Assembly (NCBI GenBank): GCA_038087875.1
Contig: JAXLNO010003509.1
Span: forward strand, 1-64,000
Direction: 5' to 3'
Origin: Malacoraja senta
Lineage: Eukaryota
Length of the DNA stretch: 64,000 nt
This document shows positions 26,521 through 37,334 of this stretch, one piece after another. The stretch's first letter is position 1. The number at the start of each line of letters is the position of its first letter. Below the pieces are notes generated by a model. The model worked only from the letters and a program-made list of their open reading frames with translations, searched no databases and was not told the DNA's origin. The translations under genes and the position numbers were made by a program.

Positions 26521-26918
26521 GAAGAACAGTTTTCTTGTTTTTCAGTCATCAATATTCTCACTAGAATGGGCCATAAAAAAGTACTTCCTGTGGAAAAAGT
26601 TCAGTGACTTGGGGGATAAAGATTTAAACTAATTGGTCAACTAAATTGTAAAAGACAATGTAAAAAGAATACACATGTGATCCATGAACTAGTTCAAAGA
26701 GCTGCCTTGCCTCAGGCACCATCCACTGAATGCTGCCGAGTGGTGTATTTGTGGGATACTTTGTAGGATTGCATGGAATAAAAATATACATCAATCATAA
26801 ATGATTTAAATGGCACACAGGATGCCAAGTTTTATTTACACTCTATTTGTAAACACAGAACAATGCTGCACAAGGCAGGATGTACAGGAAGGAACTGCTG
26901 ATGCTGGTTAAAACTCTT

Positions 26919-27609
26919 CAGTGAGTCCCTCAGCACGTATTCCTGCAGTCTGGAATGGACAGATGATGTTTTGGGTCAGACGCTTCTTCAGACTGATTGT
27001 AATAGAAAGCTGAAAAAGAGATGTGGGGCTGGGACAAAGCCTGGCAAGTGATACAGGTGATAAGACACAAAAAGCTAGAGTAACTCAGCGGGACAGGCAG
27101 CATCTCTGGAGAGAAGGAATGGGTGATGTTTCTGGTCGAGACCCTTCTTCAGACACTTTGTCTCCTTTTCACCTCTAGCCGTTGCCACTTACTCCACCCG
27201 TCTATTTATCAAAATCCGTTCTCTAGTCGCACCAGCTTCTCGTTTTCACCCAACAAATAACTTACAATGGCCTGTTTCCTTTATCATCGTTACTTTTTTG
27301 CATATCTTTCATTCATTGTTCTTTATCTCTCTACATCCTTTTCTATATCTCTTGTTTCCCTTATCCCCAACTAGTCTGAAGAAGAATCTCGACCTGAAAA
27401 GTCACCCATTCCTTCTCTCCAGAGATGCTGCCTGTCCCACTGAGTTACTCCGGCTTTTTATGTCTTATCACCTGTATCACTTGCCAGGCTTTGTCCCAGC
27501 CCCACAACTCTTTTTCAGCTTTCTATTACAATCAGTCTGAAGAAGTGTCTGACCCAAAACATCATCTGTCCATTCCAGACTGCAGGACTACGTGCTGAGG
27601 GACTCACTG
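26919..27609. repeat. Long inverted repeat: ~236-bp arms (26919-27154 / 27374-27609) with a 219-bp spacer, Penelope-terminal-repeat derived
   Basis: cagtgagtccctcagcacgta...cttcttcagac versus gtctgaagaag...tacgtgctgagggactcactg are reverse complements with few mismatches. Confidence 0.9.
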
Positions 27610-28299
27610 CAGTTTGTTGCAGCCAACACCAAGGCTCAGTGGAGGTCTACAGTCTAGGGTCCTTCGTGGCAATACATTGGGGGGCTGCAACTGGTGAAGA
27701 CGCCCCTCAAACAAGGGAAGGGCTATTAACCCAGGAGGGCTATACAAGTGGCAAGGGTGCTTGATATAAGGATAGTTTGTGAACACAACCAAAAATAACT
27801 GTAATTAATCCATGTGTGGACACTGAGAATGGCAGAAAAGTTGTTTGCACTGTTCTTGTTTTGTATATATTTCATTATTCTGAATAATGTTTATTTTTGG
27901 CTGGGATAAAATCCCTCCAGATATTACCTGACCTGCTGAGTCTCTGCAGCCCTTTGTGTTTTGCAGTGAATAGTATATATGATGTGGATGTGAATATTGG
28001 TGGTTTGATTAGTAGGTTTGCAGATGACATGTACATTGAAGAAGGTTGTCTATGGATCCAGTGGGATACAGATTAGCTAGAGAGCTGGATGGAGCAATAG
28101 CAGAAGGAATGTAATGCAGACATGTGTGAAGTTGTGCATGTCGGCATGTCATGTTCTGGTAGGACATAAACGGTAAGAACCTGAGGGGTGTTAATATACA
28201 GAGTGTCCTTGGGTTGCAAGTTCATAGTTACCTGAAAACGCCGACAAGGGTAGACAGGAAAGCAAAGAATGCACTTTGGCATGTTTGTCCACTTAGACA

Positions 28300-28880
28300 T
28301 AGAAACATATAAAATTGGTGCAGGAGTAGGCCATTTGGCCCTTCAAGCCAGCACCACCATTCAATATGGTCATGGCTGATCAACCAGAATCAGTACCCTG
28401 TTCCTGCTTTCTCCCCATATCCCTTGATTCCGTTAACCCTAAGAGCTAACTCTCTCTTGAATACATTCAGTGAATTGGTCTCCGCTGCCTTCTGTGGCAG
28501 AGAATTCCACAGATTCACAACACTCTGGGTGAAAAGGTTTTTCCCCATCTCAATCCTAAATGGCCTACCCCTTATTCGTAAACTGTGACCCCTGGTTCTG
28601 GACTCCCCCAACATTGAGAATATTTTTCCTGCATCTAGTCTGTCAAATCCCTTATTAGTATTCGGTTTCTATCTGATACCTCTCATCCTTCTGAATTCCA
28701 GTGAATATAAGCCCAGTCGATTCACTCTTTTATTATATGTCAGTCCTGCCATCCTGGGAATTAACCTGGTGAACTTTGCTGCACTCCTTCAATAGCAAGA
28801 ATGTCCTTCTTCAAACTAGGTGACCAAGACTGCACAAAATACTCCAGGTGCAGTCTCACCAAGGCCCTGTATAACTGAAT
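28300..28880 (-). mobile_element. CR1 LINE 3' fragment
   Basis: MLGESRTRGHSLRIRGRPFRIEMGKNLFTQSVVNLWNSLP. Confidence 0.9.
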
Positions 28881-29164
28881 AGACTCTGGCATCAAGTATA
28901 AGAGTTGAGAAATCAAACAAAACATTGGTTAGGCTGCACATGGAGTATTGTGTAGAGTTCCGGTCGCTCCACTACTAACGTTACTGTGCGGGGATCACTG
29001 GTCAGCGTGGGCCGAAGGGCCTGTTTCTGCAATGTATCTCTAAACTAAAAAGGATGTGATGGCATCAAAAGTAGTGCAGAAGGATTTTGCCAGGTTGTTG
29101 CCTGGAATAGAGGTCTGGTGTTATGTGAAGAAATTGGATAGGCTGCATTTATTCTCACTAGAAT

Positions 29165-30184
29165 TAGGTATGTTACAAAACTTACCTTCAGTCGCGCTGT
29201 AATTCTGCCACTGGCCTTGTGCGCGATTTTGGCGCCTTTAAGGGGGGGGCAGGGTTAAAACACGGGTTTCTCCTCCCTGGTCCTGGTTAATATTTTGTTG
29301 GAGTACAAGCCTTGGCAGACAAAGCGTTTTGTGAATTAAAAAAAATAATTAAATCGTCAATGTCAGCGCTGGAGTCATTTTAAAAGCAGCTCCTGAAGCG
29401 TCAACGCCGATAACGGGGACGGATTTCACACACGGGACAGGTAAACGAAAGTGGTTTCTTTAAATGTATAAAAGTGCTTCTTAAGAAGCCTTTAATTCAC
29501 ATTTTTTCATGCGACACGGTGATTTTATTCCCCGAATTAACGGCAGTATTTTTCATGCCAATACGGGGTTAAATTCACCGCAAATTAACGTTCCAAAAGA
29601 TCGCGTTCCAGAAATCCTCACTCGCAAGATGAATTAAATTTACAGGTATTAAACATTCAATTCCTTCCATTTGGCCTGTAAATTCATGAAAATTAGATTT
29701 AAAAATTATGTTATATTGTGAATTATTGTGTGAATGTTATTTGGACACTTAGGCTATTTAAAAATGTTAATATATTCTTAAGAAATTGATAGATGTTTAG
29801 ATCTAGTAATTGAATTTTGTAATTAGCTACAATTAGGTAACTAACTAATTATATGCTTTACTTTCATGTCTTCGAAGTAAGATTGTTTCATATTTGTTTC
29901 AGAATGCTTCAATCTATAATAACTGAAAATTTCTTTCAGTTATCATAATTTTTAAGAAAGTTATGGGCTTTTAACTGTCCTCGATCACAGCTTTTGTGTT
30001 AAGTCAATGGAAAAGCAATAGGGAACTAGATGCTAATTTCTGAGTATGATAATGGCCATAATTTTTTTAATACTGAAGATATGAAAGTGAATTAAGTGTC
30101 AAATTAAACTTCTTTTTATGCTTTATCTGATGGGATAAATTGCAGACTTTATTTTTAATATCTCAAAATTTTGTAACATTGCTA
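29165..30184. mobile_element. 1020-bp non-autonomous DNA transposon inserted in a CR1 remnant
   Basis: TIRs TAGGTATGTTACAAAA / revcomp TAGCAATGTTACAAAA; flanking duplication ctagaat at 29158-29164 and 30185-30191; no coding capacity seen. Confidence 0.8.
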
Positions 30185-30224
30185 CTAGAATGCAGGAGTG
30201 AAATAATGAGGGCTATAGATTGTG

Positions 30225-30670
30225 TCGGAAGGATCTGCAGATGCTGGTTTAAACCGAAGAAAGACACAAAAAGCTGGAGTAACTCAGTGGGACAGGCAGC
30301 ATCACTGGAGAGAAGGAATAGGTGATATTTCGGGTCGAGACCTTTTCGGGTTGAGTCCCTTCTTCAGGAAGGATCTACAGATGCTGGTTTACACCGAAGA
30401 CAGATGTAAAATGCTGGAGTAACTCAGTGGGACAGGCAGCATCACTGGAGAGAAGGAATGGGTGACATTTCGGGTCGACATCCTTCTTCAGGAAGGATTA
30501 ACAGATGTTGGTTTACACCGAAGACAGACATAAAATGCTGGAGTAACTCAGCAGGACAGGCAGCATCTTTGGAGGGAAGGAATGAGTGACGTTTCTAAAC
30601 ATCATCCATTCCTTCTCTCCATAAATACTGCCTGCCCTGCTGAGTTACTCCAGCATTTTGTGTCTATCTT
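30225..30670 (-). repeat. Three tandem Penelope terminal-repeat units (~110-140 bp) plus an inverted partial unit
   Basis: ggaaggat..cagatg.tggttt..accgaaga.aga...aaaa.gctggagtaactcag starts at ~30227, ~30367 and ~30490; inverted copy ~30600-30670. Confidence 0.85.
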
Positions 30671-31124
30671 TGGGGTATAGATAGTATAGAGAGTAACTGT
30701 CTCATTCCCAGGGCAGTGGAGACTAGAACTGGAGGTTTAAGGTGATGGGAGAGAAATGTCAAGGGGATCTGAGCAGACGTTTCTCACCGCAGTAGTTATC
30801 TGGAATGAGCTGCAGGGGAGATGGTAGAGGCAGATATAATCACAATTTCTATAAAGCATTTGGACTTATGGTAGGAAAGTCAGGGAGGGATAATGGCGTA
30901 ATTCATGTAATTGTAGATAAACATCTCGGTCAGCATAGACAAGATTGGGCAAATGGGCCTGTTTATACGCTGCAGGATTCAGTTTATTTTAAGATTCTTT
31001 CTGTGGTTTTCATGTTGCTATCTCTATTAGCCAGAATAAGCACTGAAAATGGCTCAAGCAGTCTACACCAGAGAGAACACAGCGTGAACCAAAGGAAGTG
31101 AGATATGTAAAATAGGTTCTTTAG

Positions 31125-31440
31125 TTTTTTAATTTAGATACACAGCGCGGAAACAGGCCTTTCGGCCCACCAAGTCTGCACCGACCAGCGACTAACCCGC
31201 ACACCAATACTATCCTATGCACACGAGGGACAATTTGACACATGCATCAAGTCAATTAACCTACATTCCTGCACGTCTTTGGAGTGGGAGGAAATCGAAG
31301 ATCTCAGCGAAAATCCACGCAGGTCACGGGGAGAACGTACTAACTCCGTACAGACAGCACCCATAGTCAGGATTGAAACCGGGTCTCTGGCACTGCAAAC
31401 ACTGTAAGGCAGCAACTCTACCACTGTGCCACTGTGCCGC
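31125..31440 (-). mobile_element. tRNA-derived V-SINE
   Basis: Reverse V-domain tggagtgggaggaaatcgaagatctc; reverse B and A boxes at ~31370-31440. Confidence 0.85.
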
Positions 31441-33525
31441 CCTTATTGGTAACTTTGTATGATCTTATTTTGTTAGGATGCAAATTCTATGGGAACGCTT
31501 TCTCAAAGAGATGGATAATGATGTAGAAACAACGAACTGCAGATGCTGGTTTGTATCAAAGAGAGTCACAAAGTGCTGGAGTAACTCAACGGGTCAGAGG
31601 TGTTCTACAGCATCTCTGTAGATAAAGGATGGGTGATGCTGGGTGAAGCTTCAGGTTGGGATCCTTCTTCAGACTGATGTATCGGGTTGGGACCCTTCTT
31701 CAGACTAACCCTACTTGAGACTGAAGTAGGGTCCCGACCCAAAGAGTCATCCAGCCTTTTCTCCAGAGATGCTGCCGGTCTCGCTGAGTTACTTTAGCAC
31801 TCTGTGTGTAAGGTTGATAATGAGTTGTTCAATCCTGATGTTTTGTGATGTTAATTTCTGCATGTTCACAGGGCAGACTGTGAGAGTAAACAGTTGAAAA
31901 ACTAGTCTAGCAGGAACTGTGTGGTATTTGAGTAAGTGTGAATGTGGGGCCTCTCCGGTGAGATGATTGGGGAACTCCCTGACAAAGGGAGATGTGGGGA
32001 ACAAGTCACCAGGAGGTCACATCAAAGCAGAAGTTAAATGTTACATTGATATTTAGAGTCTGCTCTTGATGTACTGGCATGGTGCAATCCGATTTGGACA
32101 ACTTACTGTATATTGCAGCTCAAGATGGTATAGAGATATAGCATTGGAACAGGCTCTTCAGCCCACCAAGTCCACGCTGAACAGCGATCCCCATACAGTA
32201 GCAATATCCTATAGACTAGCAACAATTTATAATCTTTACCAAACCCTATTAAACTACAAACTCATCTTTGGAGTGTGGGAGGAAGCTGGAGCACCCAGGG
32301 AAAACCCACAGGTAGTATGTAAAAAGTCCATGGTCAGGATTGAACCTGGCGGTCTCTTGAGCTGTAAGGCAGTAACTCTACCGCTGTTCCACCGTGTCAC
32401 CCTTTTGTGGGGGATCATGCAGAAGCCTCCTCGTGGCGATCCACGGAACCGACGACACGATGCACTCTGTGACGCGTCGGGCGACCAATTCTGTCAACAT
32501 GTTGGACGACGACAGAAGCCAACAGTGAGCTACACCTCGTCTGACACACGAGCGAATGAACCCTTGTTAGACTAATTAACTGAAGGTTACGACTTATAAA
32601 TATGATGTGATGCAACTAATTGAGAGTGCAGCATAGAGAGTGCAGCACAGAAACAAGCCCTTTGACCCATCAAGTCCATACTAACTATTTTGGGACCTGA
32701 TCTCTTTTTATCTTCCTGATATTTCCAATACCTACCCCTAGATTTTACTCTTTAACGACACACGGAGCAATAAATGGTGGCCTGTGAACCAAATAACTGC
32801 CGTGACTTCCCTTTGCGGGTGGAATATCTGAATATCATATTTCCAAATGTTGATCAGTAAGGGCGACATGGTGGGGCAGCGATAGAGTTGCTGCCTTAAA
32901 GTGCCAGAGCCCCGGGTCCAATCCTGACTATGGCTGCTGTCTGTACGGAGTTTGTACATTCTCCCCATGACCAGTGGGTTTTCGCCAAGATCTTCGGTTT
33001 CCTCCCACACTCCAAAGACGTACAGGTTTGTAGGTTAATAGGCTTGATATAAATGTAAATTGTCCTTCGTGTGTAGGATAGTGTTAATGTGCGGGGATCT
33101 GTGCCGACTCGTGCTGAAGGGCCTGTTTCCACACTGTATCTCTAAACTAAACTAAAATAATCTAAGTAAGCTTGACATTTAGAATCATATACAGCATAGA
33201 AACAGGCCCTTCAGCCCAGCTTATCTATGCCAGCCAAGATGCCCCATCTACCCTTGACCCACCCATCTATATTTTACCTTAGTTTAACTTATTATTAATG
33301 TCACGTGTACTGTTTTGCAGTGAAAATGTTTCTTGTGTGCTATCCAGTCAGTGAAAAGACTACATAACAATGAAGCCGTTCACAATCTATAGATACAGGG
33401 TAAATGATATCATGTTTAGTGCAATGTAAATCCAATTGGTGTTTTGCCAATTTCCCTCCAAACCTTTCCTATCCATAGAAATGTCTATTACTTGACAATA
33501 ATTGTATTATTGTCTTTGTGTCTAG

Positions 33526-33786
33526 GGCCTCACACACTGATCTATTACTACACCCTGAACCACGTGAATACTCATCTACCAGAATATAGTGTCGTGGGTG
33601 TACTGGACGGTTGTGAGATACAGTATTATGACAAAAACATGGTCATTACAGTTCCAAGACAGAAATGGATGGCGGCTGCATTTGACAGGAATTACTGGGT
33701 AACAAATACGGTCTCTGAAACTGGTTTCCATGGAATCATCAAAGGGCAAGTCGATGAATGGATGCGGAGGCAGAACGAAACAGCAA
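33526..33786 (+). CDS. MHC class I-like heavy chain, alpha1-domain exon (copy A)
   Basis: tgtctag|GG..GCA A|gttagt, 261 nt, phase 1-1; GPHTLIYYYTLNHVNTHLPEYSVVGVLDGCEIQYYDKNMVITVPRQKWMAAAFDRNYWVTNTVSETGFHGIIKGQVDEWMRRQNETA; H3, Y7, PE.S.VG.LD, VPRQ.WM, Y59/W60-like, R84-like and the N86 glycan site (NET). Confidence 0.9.
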
Positions 33787-35949
33787 GTTAGTTCATTCAT
33801 TTCTATACATTCGGAGTGTGATCAATGTTCATAAAAAAACATCTCAAAGAAATTTCTCGCTGTGCCAGAGACCCAGGTTTGATCCTGACTACACGTTCTC
33901 CCTGTGACCACAGATATTTCCTCCAGCTGCTCCGGTTTCGTCCCATATCTTGAAAACACGAGAGTTTGTAGGTTAATTGGGCTCTGCAAATTACTCTTGT
34001 GTGCTGAGAATGGGTGAGAAAGTGGGATTACATAGATGTGTAGGAAGGAACTGAAGATGCTGGTTTACAGCAAAGATAGGCACAATGTGCTGGAGTAACT
34101 CAGCGGGACAGGCAGCATCTCTGGATACAAGGAATGGATGACTTTTCAGGTCAAGACCCTTCCTCACACAGAGTGTCTCCCCTGACTTACTCCAGCATTT
34201 TGTGTCCATTTTGGGATAACATAGAACTAGTGTGAAAGATGATCGATGGTTGGCATGGAATTGGTGGGCAGAATGGCCCATTTCCATGCTGAGTCACTAA
34301 CCTAAGAACTGCAGATGCTGCAAATGTGAAATAAAAACCAAAAATGCCATTGTCTGATGGCTTCATTGTCAGTTTATCACCATGGAAACCTGTAATTACC
34401 TTATCAGTGATACTCCCTATGTCCAACCATGCCTCCCACTCCTGTCTGTAACTTACACATTCTCACAATTCTGAAGCATTAATTTTGTATCTCTTTCCAT
34501 AGGTTCCATAGGTAACCAATATTTCAATGATTTGTAAAATGCTGTGCTTCCAGCATTTTACAAATCATTGAAATGTTGGTGGCTTTTTGAATGGTTAAAA
34601 TCCCTTGCGTACCTCAGCAATTGTTTTTACTTTTATTGACAAATTTAGAATGAAAAGTTGTGTGAAATATTTAAAGGATAACCTAAATGGCATTGTGGTT
34701 CAGCCGTAGTGATGGTGCCGTAGTGCCAGAGACCCAGGGTTGATCCTGGCCTCAGGTGCTGTCTGTACAGAGTTTGTACGTACTCCCCGTGACCTGCGTG
34801 GGATTTCCCCGGATGCTCCAGTTTCCTCCCACACTCCAAGCCTGTATGCCAAAGGGGATCACTGGTCACTGTGGACTCTAAGGGCTGTTTTCGTGCTATA
34901 TCTCTAAATTATCTTGGGCACCAATTGTAAAGTAAGCTGTCCAAATCCATCTGCACCACACTTGTATATCCATATAAGTTGCAATTGGACATGTTTTATA
35001 TTGTAAATCAATAAGTCCTATCACCATTACTGTGTTAATTCAATGACATTCGTAGTGTACCATTGAACAAAGCAGGACCAGGCGTGGGGGAACCATGGTG
35101 AGGTGGGGGACAAAGGAGGACCTGGTGTGGGAGACTTTATAACTTTGTCGGTGCCCTTTATGTGAAGAATCTTGACATACGTTGGGTTTACAAAACAAAG
35201 ACTTTCACTGTGACTTGTCACATGTCACAATAAAGTATCATTCATTCATGATTAATTATTGCTGAAAACATTGCTTTTTGTTACCTCTTCGGTTACACAT
35301 TAAACACATTATATTATTAATCTTTAACTGGACTAAAACAGGGTGAGGGTTACAAACAGGGAACAATACATCAAAATATTATGCACTGGGCATAATTTCT
35401 ATCAATTTTCCACATCTTGCAATATTTATTATTATTTTCAAATTATATGTGAATACATGTGAATGACATTTATTAGATTATCATCTGATTCATTGAACCT
35501 TGTTTATTGAATCATATTGCCTTCAAAAATATTTTTTTAATTTGCATTATTTATGGTGCACATATTATCTGCAACATTGTTATGTTTATGAGATTTATGA
35601 GCATATTGTCGGGGCTCAAGGGTGGGAACAAGAGGTAGAGATTGGGCAAGCCAGGGCTTTATTCCATGGAGCACAGGAGGCTGAAAGGGTGATCATATAG
35701 TGGTGCTTAAAATCATGAGGGGAATTGATAGAGTGTATGCCCAGAGCCTTTTACCCAGAGAAGGAGAATAAAATAACCAGAGGACATGGGTTTAATGTGA
35801 GAGGGGAAATATTTAATTGGAACTTGGGACAATCTTTGTGCTCAGAGAGTGGTCAGCATATGGAATGACCTGCCAGAGAATGGAGTTGCGGCAGGTACAA
35901 TAACAATATTTAAAAGACACATGGACAGGGACATGCATAGGTAGTTAAA

Positions 35950-36415
35950 AGTGCTGGAGAAACTCAGCGGGTGAGGCAGCATCTATGGAGCGAAGGAAAT
36001 AGGCAACGTTTCGGGCCGAAAACCCTTCTTCAGACTGATGTGAGGGTGGGGGGGAGTGGGGGGGGGGGGGGCACAGGAAGAAGAAAGGAAGAGGTGGAGC
36101 CAGTGGGCTGAGGGAGAGCTGAGAAGGGGAGGAGAAAGTAGGGACTACCTGAAATTAGAGAAGTCAATGTTCATACCGCTGGGGTGTAAACTGCCCAAGC
36201 GAAATATGAGGTGCTGCTCCTCCAATTTACGGTGGTCCTCACTCTGGCCATGGAGGAGGCCGAGGGCAGAAAGGTCGGATTTGGAATGGGAGGGGGGAGT
36301 TGAAGTGCTGATCCACCGGGAGATCAGGTTGGTTGTTGCGAACCGAGCGGAGGCGTTCGGCGAAACGATCGCCAAGCCTGCGCTTGGTCTCACTGATGTA
36401 GAGCAGTTGACATCT
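35950..36415 (-). mobile_element. Penelope-like element 3' end (GIY-YIG C-terminus plus terminal repeat)
   Basis: FNSPSHSKSDLSALGLLH.QSEDHRKLEEQHLIFRLGSLHPSGMNIDFSNFR*. Confidence 0.88.
36001..36036 (-). ncRNA. Minimal type I hammerhead-ribozyme motif
   Basis: Minus strand agt-CTGAAGA-a-gggt-tttcg-gccc-GAAAC-GTT-gcct. Confidence 0.62.
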
Positions 36416-37334
36416 AGAGAGAAACGTTTTGAATGATGTCTACCCATTGCAGGGTACATGGGACTAGCTTAAATGGGGTATCTTGATTAGCATGGACAAG
36501 TTGGGCCAAAGGGCTTGTTTCCCTGCTGTGTGACTCTATGACTGCTTTATAGCAAAGAGCGCTGCTGCCTCATAGCTCCAGTGATCCGTGTTCAATCATC
36601 TCCAGTGCAGTCTGTGTGGAGTATAAGCATTCTCCCTGTGACAATGTTTGTTCTCCAGTTTCCTCCCACATACCAAAATGTGCTGAATTAGTAGATTAAG
36701 CCACTGCTGCAAATAGGTGGATTTGTGGCATTGATAGAAATGAGAAAGATCCGTTTTGGGGAAAATTAGTGTTGGAATAATTTTGTTCTCTGGGCTAGAG
36801 TGGGCTCAGGAGGCTGAAAGGCCTCTTTCTCTGTCACATGGATTTATGGGCCGTTATTTATCCTTGAATTGCCTTCTTTCTCAATTTAGTCAACAATGTA
36901 AAATTGAAGTAATTGTCTGGATTGAACTATTTAACAATTGTAGATGAAAGGAAGAGCAGAGGCTGCTTTCCTCCACACACAAAGTGCTAAGGAACTCAAC
37001 GGGTCAAGCGGCATCTTTGGGGAACATGGGAAGGCAGATATTTCGGGTGAGGATCCTACTTCAGACTGAAGTTGGGTCACGTTAGAACATGCTTTGTACT
37101 CGCACTCGCAGTACAGTGTTAGTTTTCAAGGTTTTGTTGTTATTCACAGCTTGTAGTTGTTACATATTCAGCAGAGAGAAGACGAGACAAACTAAAGCAC
37201 CTGCAAAGCACAACTAAAAGACCGCAGAAAGAAGCTTGAAAAGAAGGCTCTTATCTAAACAACGTACTTTCAAGAGAGAGTTAGATTTAGCTCTTAAGGC
37301 TAAAGGAATCAAGGGATATGGAGGAAAAGATTAG

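Noticed and set aside
32076-32130. ATG-initiated phase-1 mini-exon MVQSDLDNLLYIAAQD|gtatag
   Set aside because: Not signal-peptide-like and the donor is weak.
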